NCBI GenBank assembly: GCA_964512925.1
Contig: CAZEKH010000002.1
Coordinates: 122,505-186,504 of the forward strand
Length of the DNA stretch: 64,000 nt
Source: an uncultured Candidatus Saccharibacteria bacterium
GTDB lineage: Bacteria; Patescibacteriota; Doudnabacteria; UBA920
Direction of reading: 5' to 3'
In this document: positions 42,354 through 52,169 of the stretch, piece by piece
How positions within the stretch are numbered: the stretch's first letter is position 1
Layout of the letters: every line of letters starts with the position of its first letter
Position numbers and translations under genes: made by a program
The notes under the pieces: model-generated
Told to the model about the DNA's origin: nothing
The model's database searches: none
What the model saw: the letters and a program-made list of their open reading frames with translations, nothing else

Positions 42354-44612
42354 CTATAATTCTTTAACTTTACTTAACACCTCTTCAATATTAGCATTAG
42401 TTACCAGAAAGAAGTGCAGTTTTCCTTTCCCCAAACTTTGCCATACTTCTGCGAGAGCTACCTTATAAGCAGTATCTTCATTACTTACCCTGTCTTCGCC
42501 TTTCCATTCCAACGCAACCATGTTGCCCATCTTACTAAACGCAACAAAATCAGGATAAAACTTATTTTTCTGCCAGCCTTGTAAATAAAAATCCAATTTT
42601 TCTCTATTCCTTACCCAAAACTCTATATTTGGCAACATATCCAAATCTAACCTAGAAACAAAATTCTCTTCTTCTTTGTTTAACTTGCCAACTTGAGGAT
42701 AATAATTTTTATTAAAATCTTTAGGCAAAACCTTGTCCACGATTATTGTTTCTGGAAAAGTTTTAAAAGGCTTCGTGGAAACTTTTTTCTTTTTTATAAG
42801 ATCTTCAAAACGCTTTTTAGCATAATCCTTTAAAATTGCTTCAATAACTTCGCTTAATTTCTCACACAAAACATACCTGTTTATAGATAGCTCTGTTAGT
42901 GATCTTGTTTTTAACAAGTGGTTAATTGCTTTATCTAAAAACTTTACTTTGTCCGACTGTTCAAGCAGGGTAAAACGAAGTTTCTTATCTAGCCACTGCA
43001 CCAACTCTTTTTGTGTAGCGTTTTTTAAACGATAGGGTAAATTTAAATGCAGCTGCTTCCCTTGTTTCCAGTGGTCTCCCTCAATATCTATAATTGCACG
43101 GCCATCATTGTCAAAATGCACATCAAAATTAAATTCAGCCTCTTGTTTAGCTAGAGAAAAATCAGCGCCAATTAACTCCTCAAAAGTTAAAGGTTCGCCA
43201 TCTAAAGCCATCATAGGCACGGCAAAATCTTGTTTAAAAGCACGATGAATTTCTAGCGGATCTTTTTGGACTTTGTCAGTGCCATTTATTAAATCAGCTT
43301 TACTAAAGCCATTGGAAACCAGCCCTTTTATAATTTCGTCTGCGGCTTCGTTAAAGTTTCGGGCAGAAGCAAAAACAAAGCTTCTGTTTAAATCTTCAAC
43401 TTCTTTTCTTTTAGCGTAAGGCATTCGGATAATGCGGCCTATAATTTGTTCTACCGCAATCTTCGCACCAATGTTGGCAAGTGAAATTAATACATAAGCA
43501 AAAGAACAGTCCCAACCTTCAGCTAAGGCATTAACTGTAATAATATATTTAATCGGGCATTTGTTACTAAAAAGGTTTACACCTTCCAATTCGTTCTTTT
43601 CAGATGTTTTGATAGCTATTTCTTCTTCAGCTATTTTCATTTTTAATAGCTGTTCTTTAACCTGCTCAACAGTAATGTTATTTTGGGTTTTGCTATTTGG
43701 CTGTGCTTGAATTAAAGCAATTGGCCTTATATATTCGCCTTTATTTTTCTTGGTAAGCTTTTCTAATTCCTCACGCTTATCCAAACCCCGTGTTAAAGAT
43801 TGCTCCCAATGGTTAGAACTTTCTAATACAATTGGAATTTTAACCATTTGCTCGGTCTTCAAATCAGCCGCTGAAATGTCTACCAATATATTACTGCCAT
43901 CCCTAGGAGTAGCGGTATATTCTACAATAAAGCTCGGGTTAAGTTCTTTTAAAAAATCAACAGAAAGTTGGGTTTGGGTTCTATGCCCCTCGTCAATAAC
44001 AATTAGCGGATTATACATCCGAATCACATTGGCTAAAGATATAATTACTCCTGATTCATCTTTTTCTAGTAAGCTGTCATCTCCAATATTTTCAAAGAAA
44101 TTTAATAGCTGTCCGTTTTCTTGGTAAACTTTGTATTTCTTTTGCAAAGACTTCTCTTTCCTAAAAGCATCAAGAGAAGAAATTACAATACACAAATTAT
44201 CTTCAACATCTTCTTTGCGAATTCTTAAGGCTTCTTCATTCGAAAAAATCCTCACACCATTTTCAAAAACTTCATCCAAAATTTGCCTATGCCAGTCCTT
44301 CCGATCTTTAAGTTTATTTATCGTTTGAGTTTTAATTGCTTCGGACGGCACAAACCACATAACAATACCCCTGTCCATTTTATGTTTTAGTACAGTGCTA
44401 TAAATTAAACCAACAGAATTAGCGGCAACAACTGTTTTGCCACCTCCCGTAGGGATTTTTACGCACACAAAAGGCACTTCACCAAAAGAATTGGATTTAT
44501 AAGGCTCTTCAACCACACTCATAAAAGCCATCTTCGGGCCAAATTTCTCCAAAAGTTTTAAAAACTCTTTAAGCTTTTCCAGTGCAGTTTGTTGATATTT
44601 TTTTAGTTCCAT
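42354..44612 (-). CDS. res: Type III restriction enzyme, Res subunit (SF2 helicase-nuclease)
   Basis: Walker A PTGGGKT and DEGH box (VIDEGHR). 752 aa. Lies downstream of mod. Confidence 0.85.
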   Translation of the reverse strand: MELKKYQQTALEKLKEFLKLLEKFGPKMAFMSVVEEPYKSNSFGEVPFVCVKIPTGGGKTVVAANSVGLIYSTVLKHKMDRGIVMWFVPSEAIKTQTINKLKDRKDWHRQILDEVFENGVRIFSNEEALRIRKEDVEDNLCIVISSLDAFRKEKSLQKKYKVYQENGQLLNFFENIGDDSLLEKDESGVIISLANVIRMYNPLIVIDEGHRTQTQLSVDFLKELNPSFIVEYTATPRDGSNILVDISAADLKTEQMVKIPIVLESSNHWEQSLTRGLDKREELEKLTKKNKGEYIRPIALIQAQPNSKTQNNITVEQVKEQLLKMKIAEEEIAIKTSEKNELEGVNLFSNKCPIKYIITVNALAEGWDCSFAYVLISLANIGAKIAVEQIIGRIIRMPYAKRKEVEDLNRSFVFASARNFNEAADEIIKGLVSNGFSKADLINGTDKVQKDPLEIHRAFKQDFAVPMMALDGEPLTFEELIGADFSLAKQEAEFNFDVHFDNDGRAIIDIEGDHWKQGKQLHLNLPYRLKNATQKELVQWLDKKLRFTLLEQSDKVKFLDKAINHLLKTRSLTELSINRYVLCEKLSEVIEAILKDYAKKRFEDLIKKKKVSTKPFKTFPETIIVDKVLPKDFNKNYYPQVGKLNKEEENFVSRLDLDMLPNIEFWVRNREKLDFYLQGWQKNKFYPDFVAFSKMGNMVALEWKGEDRVSNEDTAYKVALAEVWQSLGKGKLHFFLVTNANIEEVLSKVKEL

Positions 44613-44737
44613 AAAAAATTTTAGTAATTGTGGGTAACTTGACGCATCCTAAAGTATGTTATAATATAAGTAATCAATAAGTAGGCCTCTTATAAGCGAA
44701 AGTCGGCTCCATGCCGTGCGTTGGGAAACCAACCTAG

Positions 44738-45520
44738 CTATAAGGGGCTTATTTTATTTATTGAGAAGGTGTTACCTCTGCTGTAAAAATTATTGGGATA
44801 TTTATCTGTATCATAAACGTCACAAACGAATTTTACTTTACTTTCAATAAATTTATAATAACGATCCTCGCCTCTTACAAAAGCTCTTTGAATAGCCCAA
44901 TTCATATAATCAACTATTTGCAAACATGCTTCTCCATATGGACTTTGTGGGAGAATGGCTATTTTTGAATCAATTTTCATTTTATGCTCAGTTTCAAATG
45001 AATTTTTTGCGGTTTGGATAGCTTCCTCCAAAGGAGCCTGGCGAGTTTTATTACCCCTAACAGCAAAGTAAATAAAAATTTGTTCAGCAACGTGTAATTT
45101 ATTTTTGAACAACTTAATTATTAAATCGTCATAGAATAAATTTTCTTTGCCTTTATGACGCACCTTAAAAATATTTTCAATTTTTCTTGCAACAATGAAT
45201 TCCGCTTTAAAATCTAAACCTAAAATAGTTTTATAAACTTTCTCTCTAATTTCCGGCGTATCGTCTTTAGCATGAAACGCTAAATGACTTTTCTTTAGCG
45301 AAGGAATATCTTTAAGATACTCATCGTTCTTTATCTCCTCATGAAGTTTGAATATTGCATTTCTTAAAGGTTCTGGGTTAGTTGTTTTGATGAAGCCAAG
45401 TAATAAAATTTTTGAACATCCCTCTTTGCCAACAATATACCTACCATATCTATCATAAAAAGTAGAATCACCGGCCTCATCCACAAAAAAATACTGGGTT
45501 TTTACATCATTCAACTTCAT
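44738..45520 (-). CDS. DUF3800-like protein inserted between mod and res
   Basis: N-terminal YFFVDEAGD and C-terminal LQIVDYMNWAIQRAF match the DUF3800 pattern. Confidence 0.5.
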   Translation of the reverse strand: MKLNDVKTQYFFVDEAGDSTFYDRYGRYIVGKEGCSKILLLGFIKTTNPEPLRNAIFKLHEEIKNDEYLKDIPSLKKSHLAFHAKDDTPEIREKVYKTILGLDFKAEFIVARKIENIFKVRHKGKENLFYDDLIIKLFKNKLHVAEQIFIYFAVRGNKTRQAPLEEAIQTAKNSFETEHKMKIDSKIAILPQSPYGEACLQIVDYMNWAIQRAFVRGEDRYYKFIESKVKFVCDVYDTDKYPNNFYSRGNTFSINKISPL

Positions 45521-45521
45521 A

Positions 45522-47075
45522 TTAGTAAACCCTTACCTCATAAGGGATTTGTTTAAAGATTAAATTATACTTTTCTAAATCCGAATTATCCAGTAAACAC
45601 CTATCAGCATAAATGACTTTCTTGCTTCCGTCTTTTTTCAGCTTCTTTAGAAAAGATTTGTCTAAAATGTTGTTACCTTTTTCCCTAAATAACAAATAAA
45701 ATTCGGTTTCGCCAAACGTTCCAATAAAATTATTTCTAATATTTTTTGGATCAATGTTGGTCTGGGTTTCGGTAAAATAAATATAGGTTGCAAGCTGATT
45801 AAATTCGCACTCTTCTTCTATTTGACCTTCTTCATTAAACAAAGGCTTGCTAAGTTCACAATATTCAAATCCATCATTGTAATCATATTTTTTAATGGCA
45901 CGCCTAACACGCTCGGCTGTTATATCCTTAGCAACTTTATCTTCCATTTCGACCATTATAAATTTACGATCACCTCCATCTTCTTTATTTAGATCCATCA
46001 CAGCATGGCCTGTTGTGCCAGATCCAGCAAAGGAGTCTAAAATTATTGAGTTTTTATCTGTTGATAATTGTAAAATCCTCTTTAGTAATCTGACTGGTTT
46101 TGGGGTCGCAAAAGGAACTTGTTCTAATTCTTCAAAAAATAACTTTATCTCTCTTTTGGCTTCTTGATTATGACCTACTTCATCGGAAACCCAAATGGTA
46201 TCTACTTTTTTTCCTTGCTGTACTTCGGTTAAAAATCTTTTTAGCCTAGGAAAAGCTGTTCCGTCTTTACCAAACCAGATTCTATTTTCAGCAATCATAT
46301 TCAAAAGATTGTCTTTAGAGTAAACCCAATGCTTGCCTTTGGGTACATTGTATTTCTTTCCTTTGGGGGCTGTTATCTCATAATAACCTTCTTTCCTCTC
46401 TTCGTTCGCAACCAAATCACCAGAAGACCATGGACCCCTTGGGTCATTATCAGGATTTTGAAACCTGGCATTCATTGATTCTGTGCGAGGTAAAAGGTTT
46501 ATTACTATCTTTTCTAAATTATTTGCATAACAAAAAATATATTCGTGGTTGTCTGAGACATATTTTGCATCATTCTTAGTACTGTGAATTTTTTCCCAAA
46601 TAAAATTGGCAATAAAATTTTCACGACCAAAAACTTCATCCATAAGCCCTTTAAAATAGTGACCTTCATAATCATCTATAGAAACAAAAATCATTCCATC
46701 ATCGGATAATAAATCCTTTAAAAGTTTAAGTCGAGGCAACATCATACATAGCCATTTATCATGACGGTTTAAATCTTCAGACTCTCGCCCCACAACCTTT
46801 CCTAACCACTTTTTTATTTTTGGTGAATTAACTTTGTCATTGTAAACCCAGCCCTCGTTACCAGTGTTGTACGGGGGATCTATGTAAATACATTTAACCT
46901 TACCGGCATAGTAAGGCATTAAAGCCTTAAGAGCTTCTAGATTATCACCATGTATAATTAAATTTTGCGAATGGTCACCGACAGAAGCGCTTTTAACTTT
47001 TTTCAGAAGTCTAAAGGGTACTTCTTTATCGTGGTTAGCAACTGCTTCTTTACCAATCCAGTTTAAAGTAGGCAT
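45522..47075 (-). CDS. mod: Type III R-M N6-adenine DNA methyltransferase, Mod subunit
   Basis: IYIDPPYNTGNEGW (motif IV, DPPY) and a C-terminal FAGSGTTGHAV (motif I). Confidence 0.85.
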   Translation of the reverse strand: MPTLNWIGKEAVANHDKEVPFRLLKKVKSASVGDHSQNLIIHGDNLEALKALMPYYAGKVKCIYIDPPYNTGNEGWVYNDKVNSPKIKKWLGKVVGRESEDLNRHDKWLCMMLPRLKLLKDLLSDDGMIFVSIDDYEGHYFKGLMDEVFGRENFIANFIWEKIHSTKNDAKYVSDNHEYIFCYANNLEKIVINLLPRTESMNARFQNPDNDPRGPWSSGDLVANEERKEGYYEITAPKGKKYNVPKGKHWVYSKDNLLNMIAENRIWFGKDGTAFPRLKRFLTEVQQGKKVDTIWVSDEVGHNQEAKREIKLFFEELEQVPFATPKPVRLLKRILQLSTDKNSIILDSFAGSGTTGHAVMDLNKEDGGDRKFIMVEMEDKVAKDITAERVRRAIKKYDYNDGFEYCELSKPLFNEEGQIEEECEFNQLATYIYFTETQTNIDPKNIRNNFIGTFGETEFYLLFREKGNNILDKSFLKKLKKDGSKKVIYADRCLLDNSDLEKYNLIFKQIPYEVRVY

Positions 47076-47254
47076 TTTAATTTTTTCAAATCTTCTATTA
47101 AATTTCCTAAAACTTTCTACACCAGGACTCTTATATTCTATATTTTACACCCTTCTTAAGTTCTTTTCCATAACAAAAATCCCTTGTTTCAAAGGGTTTT
47201 GGGAAATTTTGTGGATTGGAATGGGACTTACAGTAATATAAATTTAACACGCAC

Positions 47255-47300
47255 TTTTAACGATATTGTCAACTAATATCGTTAAAAACGAGCAAAATTC
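47255..47300. promoter_or_regulatory. Nested perfect palindromes upstream of mod (TTAACGATATTG-tcaac-TAATATCGTTAA; CGTTAAAAA..TTTTTAACG)
   Basis: 11-bp and 9-bp perfect stems about 180 bp upstream of the mod start. Confidence 0.4.
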
Positions 47301-47353
47301 AGTCTTTTTAACGGTATTGCTCATTATATTCAGACTTGTTTTCTTTGGAAGGA

Positions 47354-47650
47354 TCAGAGTAAAAGTTTTAGGAGAACTTTGACTTTTTGGTTGTCTTGTA
47401 TGTTTTCTTTTTTTCGAACTTCTGCTTTTAAAGGCAGCAGGTATGTGCTGGACTTTTTGTCCGGAAAAATAGAAGTCTTCCATTGGCTTTTACCTATCAC
47501 GACTTCCACCCTAAGCGACCCAAAACCCCGTCCAACTGAACCAAAAAGGGTTTTGATTTTTTTGGACATATCTTTTGGCAAACTGACAAACCGCCAGGCC
47601 GCCATCCCGGGGTACACCCAAATTTTACTTGTAAATTCAAATTGATTCAT
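47354..47650 (-). CDS. DUF1905-family small protein
   Basis: MNQFEFTSKIWVY...AWRFVSLPKD matches the DUF1905 N-terminus. Confidence 0.55.
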   Translation of the reverse strand: MNQFEFTSKIWVYPGMAAWRFVSLPKDMSKKIKTLFGSVGRGFGSLRVEVVIGKSQWKTSIFPDKKSSTYLLPLKAEVRKKENIQDNQKVKVLLKLLL

Positions 47651-47653
47651 ATT

Positions 47654-48376
47654 TTAAATTCCGCTGATACCAAACAACTTGCCAACGCCGAAAGTTATTG
47701 CCATCGCAAGTATCCCTCCTGTAACCACTCGAACCACCGCTTTTGTTTTGTTTGCCCCGCCGGCGTAAGCGCTTAAAAAGCCGGTTAATATTAAGGCTAA
47801 ACACACTCCGAAAAATGTCACTGGCACGCGGAACTTAGCTGGCGACAAAATTATTATACCTATGGGCACCACTGCCCCGACAAAAAATGCCGCGGCTGAA
47901 GCCATAGCTGCGTGCCAAGGATTGGTTAAATTTTCAGGATCAATGCCCAATTCCGCGTCCAAATGCGCGATGAATGATCCTTTCAAAGTCAATTCCGAGG
48001 CCACAGTGTTGGCAGTTTGTTCAGACAAACCTTTGTTCTGATAAATTTTTGCCAGCTCTTTTTGTTCAAACAAAGGATCAGCTAACAACTCCAAACGCTC
48101 TTTCTCTATTAAAGCTTTTTCCGTATCACGCTGGGTGCTAACTGAAATATATTCCCCCACGCCCATAGACAGCGCGCCCGCCAACAGCCCGGCTATACCG
48201 GCTGTCAATATTGCCGAGGCGGAGTCGGAAGCGGCAGCCACCCCGACCACCAAAGAAGCTGTAGAAACTATGCCGTCATTGGCGCCTAAAACCGAAGCCC
48301 TTAGCCAGTTAAGTTTTTCTCCTGACTTTGTGCTATGCGGTTCAATTTTAGAAATATTCTTTGTTTCAGTATTCAT
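47654..48376 (-). CDS. VIT1/CCC1-family iron/manganese transporter
   Basis: LRASVLGANDGIVSTASLVVGVAAA and a C-terminal TM bundle. The acidic loop is typical of the VIT family. Confidence 0.8.
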   Translation of the reverse strand: MNTETKNISKIEPHSTKSGEKLNWLRASVLGANDGIVSTASLVVGVAAASDSASAILTAGIAGLLAGALSMGVGEYISVSTQRDTEKALIEKERLELLADPLFEQKELAKIYQNKGLSEQTANTVASELTLKGSFIAHLDAELGIDPENLTNPWHAAMASAAAFFVGAVVPIGIIILSPAKFRVPVTFFGVCLALILTGFLSAYAGGANKTKAVVRVVTGGILAMAITFGVGKLFGISGI

Positions 48377-48427
48377 ACTTTAATTATACACCCACAATCA
48401 ACTTCTAAAGAATATTGGAATGTTTTT

Positions 48428-50569
48428 TTACAAATCAATCATACCTTCCCGGCGGATGAAGATTCTGGCCAGGCGGAGCTGGTCGTAGGAGTAAAGGTGA
48501 TTCAGGCTCTCGCGAACGGAAGACAGCTGGAAACCGCCGCATTTTAAAAACTCTGCGGCAATCTTTTGTAATGCTGTTTCCTCAGGCCGCAAATGGCGAA
48601 TATCCAAATCCGTATATTGTAATGCCAACTTTTCTGTATGCTCTAAGATAGTAGACAAAGCCAGACTGCGACGTTTGGCGATTTCTTCCAAAGACAGTTT
48701 TTGCAAAAGAAACTCTTTGGTTTTTTCATAAGTTCCGCCAGTAAAGACCTGCTCAGCCTGCGATGTTTTTGTTTTTTCCATTATATTTTTGGCTTTGGCA
48801 AAATCTTGTATAGCCGCCACAAACTCGGCGCCGTATTTTTCCAATTTTTGTTTGCCTACCCCAAATATATTTCCCAAACCAGAAAGACTCTGGGGAAAAT
48901 ACGTCGCCATTTCCAAAAGACTTTGGTCTCCAAACACCGCATACGGAGGAATACCTTGTTTGTCTGCGATATTTTTGCGAAGCTTCTTTAAAGAAATAAA
49001 CAACTCTTGATTTAATTCTTCTTTCAAGGTTTGATGGCGGCTTTCCGCTTGCCTAGAGACTTCCAAAACCGGAAGAAAAATTTTCTCTTTTTGTTTTAAA
49101 GTTAAAACAGCTTTCTGGGTCAATTTTAAAACTGGATATTCGCCTGAAGTTTTTTCCAAATAATTTTTGGAAACCAACAAATTCATCAACTTCATCAGCT
49201 GCGGCTTGCTAAGGTCTTTCACAATGCCAAAAACCGAAAGCTGATTATGCTTCAAACCCGCCATCCGGTCGCTGATTTTCCCCAAAAGCAAATCCGCCAC
49301 ATATCCTCCGCCATAACGCTGGTTAGTTCTCAAGATAGCGGATAAAATCTTTTGGGAAATCTCTGTGGCGTCAAACTCATCCCTTGGCTTTAAACAAATG
49401 TCGCAACTGCCGCAATTCTTCTTTCCATATTCTTCCCCAAAATATGAAAGCAAATATTTTCGCCGGCACGAAACAAGCTCCCCGTATTCCAACACCTCCT
49501 CTAGTTTTTTCCAGGCTTGTTGTTTCAGCTCTTCATCTTCCATCTGTTGGATAAAAAATCCGTGGCTCCGCCGGTCGCCTTGTGAAAAAAACAGCACACA
49601 CTCGGACAATAAACCATCCCTGCCAGCCCTGCCGGTTTCCTGATAGTACCCCTCCACGCTCTTCGGCAGGCTTTGGTGCACAACCAACCTGACATCCGGC
49701 TTGTCTATGCCCATACCAAAAGCGATGGTCGCGCAAATAATATTTATCTCATCGCGGATAAATCTTTCCTGAACATCAGTCCTTTTTTCCGAACTCAAAC
49801 CGGCGTGATAAGCTTCGACGCTATATCCTTGTTTTTTCAAATCTTCAGCCAGCTCCTCGGTGTCTCTCCTGGAAAAACAGTAAACTATCACACTCTCATC
49901 TTTATATTGAGGCAACAAATCCAAAACCTGCCTGAGAAAATTTTTCTTTGGCAGCACGCGATAACTGAGGTTTGGGCGGTCAAAACTGGATACAAAAATT
50001 TTTCCCTGCCTAAAATCCAACTGCTTTAAAATATCCGCGCGAACTTTTTCCGTGGCAGTCGCGGTTAAAGCAATGATGGGAACTTCAAAAAATATTTCTC
50101 TTAAAACTTTTAAATTGCGATAATCCGGCCGGAAATCATGTCCCCACTCGGAGATGCAATGCGCTTCGTCAATAGCTATCAAGCTGATGTTTAAATTTTT
50201 CAAAAAATCCACAAAACCTAGAGCTGAAAGCCTCTCTGGAGCAAGGTATAAAATTTTTAGTTCGCCATTTTTGGCGCGATTTTGAACATCTAAAATCACG
50301 TCTTCATCCAAAGAACTGTTGATGTAGGCGGCTGAAACCCCATTTTCCAAAAGCGCGTCCACCTGGTCTTTCATCAGGGAAATCAGGGGCGAGACCACAA
50401 TCGTAATGCCGGGAAACTTCAGCGCGGGCAGCTGGTAACACAAAGACTTTCCCCCGCCGGTGGGCATTAAAACCAAACAATCTTTCTTCTCCAGAATATG
50501 ACCAATCACTTCAGACTGCAAAGGCCTAAAACTTTCATAACCAAAATGTTTTTTAAGTAAATCTAGCAT
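48428..50569 (-). CDS. recQ: ATP-dependent DNA helicase RecQ (with RQC and HRDC domains)
   Basis: FRPLQ, PTGGGKS, DEAH and Zn-binding cysteines. 713 aa. Confidence 0.9.
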   Translation of the reverse strand: MLDLLKKHFGYESFRPLQSEVIGHILEKKDCLVLMPTGGGKSLCYQLPALKFPGITIVVSPLISLMKDQVDALLENGVSAAYINSSLDEDVILDVQNRAKNGELKILYLAPERLSALGFVDFLKNLNISLIAIDEAHCISEWGHDFRPDYRNLKVLREIFFEVPIIALTATATEKVRADILKQLDFRQGKIFVSSFDRPNLSYRVLPKKNFLRQVLDLLPQYKDESVIVYCFSRRDTEELAEDLKKQGYSVEAYHAGLSSEKRTDVQERFIRDEINIICATIAFGMGIDKPDVRLVVHQSLPKSVEGYYQETGRAGRDGLLSECVLFFSQGDRRSHGFFIQQMEDEELKQQAWKKLEEVLEYGELVSCRRKYLLSYFGEEYGKKNCGSCDICLKPRDEFDATEISQKILSAILRTNQRYGGGYVADLLLGKISDRMAGLKHNQLSVFGIVKDLSKPQLMKLMNLLVSKNYLEKTSGEYPVLKLTQKAVLTLKQKEKIFLPVLEVSRQAESRHQTLKEELNQELFISLKKLRKNIADKQGIPPYAVFGDQSLLEMATYFPQSLSGLGNIFGVGKQKLEKYGAEFVAAIQDFAKAKNIMEKTKTSQAEQVFTGGTYEKTKEFLLQKLSLEEIAKRRSLALSTILEHTEKLALQYTDLDIRHLRPEETALQKIAAEFLKCGGFQLSSVRESLNHLYSYDQLRLARIFIRREGMIDL

Positions 50570-50645
50570 TCATCCATTATAACAAAAATCCGCCCCTCTT
50601 AGGGGTACGGATCTTATTAGTATTTTACTAACTCACCTTGTGCAC

Positions 50646-50698
50646 TTTGTCATCCCGGACTTGCCTGCCCGCCTTTGGCGGGATCCGGGATCTAGAGT
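50646..50698. repeat. Palindromic element, guaB-flanking family, copy 1 (TTTGTCATCCCGGAC...GCCCGCC-ttt-GGCGGG ATCCGGGATCTAGAGTT)
   Basis: Nested hairpins. The ends are near-identical to the copy at 51996. Confidence 0.65.
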
Positions 50699-50846
50699 TA
50701 TTGCCAATAATATAAGAAGTTAATATACCACTGGATCCCAGATATTTTTCAGTTAAAGCCCTGAAAAATTCTAGTATGACACACAATTTATAAGTAATTT
50801 AAGCCAATTTGCGTAAGGTAAATTACTAAACCCTAAAACCTATACC

Positions 50847-52013
50847 CTAATCCCTATCTCCATAATTCGGAGCTTTTTTTACGATCTGCACATCGTGCAC
50901 GTGACTTTCCCTCAGGCCCGCTCCGGTGATCTGGACAAACTCCGCGTTTTTTTGCAGCGCTGAAATATTTTTTGCCCCCACATACCCCATCCCGCTTCTC
51001 AGGCCGCCGACCAGCTGTTCAATGATGGGCACAACTCCGCCCTTGTACAAAACCCTGGCTTCCACGCCTTCTGGCACCAGTTTTCCGCCCACCACATCGT
51101 CCTGGCCGTAACGGTCTTTACTGCCAACATTCATTGCTCCTAAACTGCCCATTCCCCGGTAAGATTTATACCATTTCCCATGGTCTTCAAACTTTTGTCC
51201 CGGCGCCTCGTCTGTGCCCGCAAACAAAGACCCCACCATCACAGCCGAAGCCCCGGCTGCCAGAGCTTTGGTGATGTCGCCGGACAGCTTGATTCCCCCG
51301 TCAGCCACGACCGGAATTTTTTTGGTTTTGCAAACTCTGACAGCTTCAAGAATAGCAGTCAGCTGCGGCACACCGCAGCCGGAAACCATCCGCGTGGTGC
51401 AGATACTACCAGGACCGATCCCGACTTTCACACCGTCAGCCCCAGCTCTAACCAAAGCCAGAGCTCCCTGGGCAGTTGCTACATTGCCGGCTATTACTTG
51501 CGCTTGTTTATATTTTTTCTTAATCTGCCTGACTGCTTCTAAAACCCGCTTTGAGTGTCCGTGCGCCGTATCCACCACCAGCGCATCCGCGCCCGCATTC
51601 AGCAGAGCCCCCGCCCTTTCCAAAAAATCCCCAGTCGCGCCCACCCCGGCTCCAACCATAAACCTACCCTTTGCATCCAAACTCTCTATCTTTCTATCTC
51701 TCTTATTCTCTTGCTCTCTGATTCTCTGAAGTTCTGATTTTACTAATCTAACTTCTTCCGCCTGCTTTTCAACTGACAAATTTTTATGGATGACCCCGAG
51801 CCCCCCCTCAGAAGCCATAGCAATAGCCATCCGGTGCTCTGTCACCGTATCCATTGCGCTGGACAAAACAGGAATTTTTAACTTAATTTTTTTAGTTAAA
51901 AAAGTTTCAGTTAAAACTTCGGTCGGCACGACTTCGCTATACTGAGGCGCCAGTAAAACATCGTCAAAACTCAAAGCGAGAGAAATTTTTTTCATTTTAA
52001 TTTGATTTGTCAT
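50847..52013 (-). CDS. guaB: IMP dehydrogenase lacking the CBS (Bateman) subdomain
   Basis: Catalytic-loop region ([10 protein letters not shown]) and [24 protein letters not shown]. The CBS pair is replaced by an ~30-aa charged linker. The annotated first 6 codons (MTNQIK) derive from repeat copy 2, and the native start is probably the Met at 51995. Confidence 0.85.
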   Translation of the reverse strand: MTNQIKMKKISLALSFDDVLLAPQYSEVVPTEVLTETFLTKKIKLKIPVLSSAMDTVTEHRMAIAMASEGGLGVIHKNLSVEKQAEEVRLVKSELQRIREQENKRDRKIESLDAKGRFMVGAGVGATGDFLERAGALLNAGADALVVDTAHGHSKRVLEAVRQIKKKYKQAQVIAGNVATAQGALALVRAGADGVKVGIGPGSICTTRMVSGCGVPQLTAILEAVRVCKTKKIPVVADGGIKLSGDITKALAAGASAVMVGSLFAGTDEAPGQKFEDHGKWYKSYRGMGSLGAMNVGSKDRYGQDDVVGGKLVPEGVEARVLYKGGVVPIIEQLVGGLRSGMGYVGAKNISALQKNAEFVQITGAGLRESHVHDVQIVKKAPNYGDRD

Positions 52014-52043
52014 CCCGGAACCCGCCCAAAACGGATATCCGGG
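51996..52043. repeat. Palindromic element, guaB-flanking family, copy 2; overlaps the guaB start
   Basis: TTTGTCATCCCGGAA-cccgcccaaaacggat-ATCCGGGATCCAGGGTT. Confidence 0.65.
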
Positions 52044-52169
52044 ATCCAGGGTTTATTAAATTTTTTATTCGATAACACCAATCCTAAATATGGCGATTTC
52101 GTAATTCACAGTAATTTAACCTTAAACCCCCGGCCTGGAAAAAGGCAGGGGGTTTGAAGACAAAATTCT

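Noticed and set aside
47244-47483. 79-aa minus-strand ORF overlapping the DUF1905 gene
   Set aside because: Overlaps a better ORF in another frame and extends into the palindromic upstream region. No independent support.
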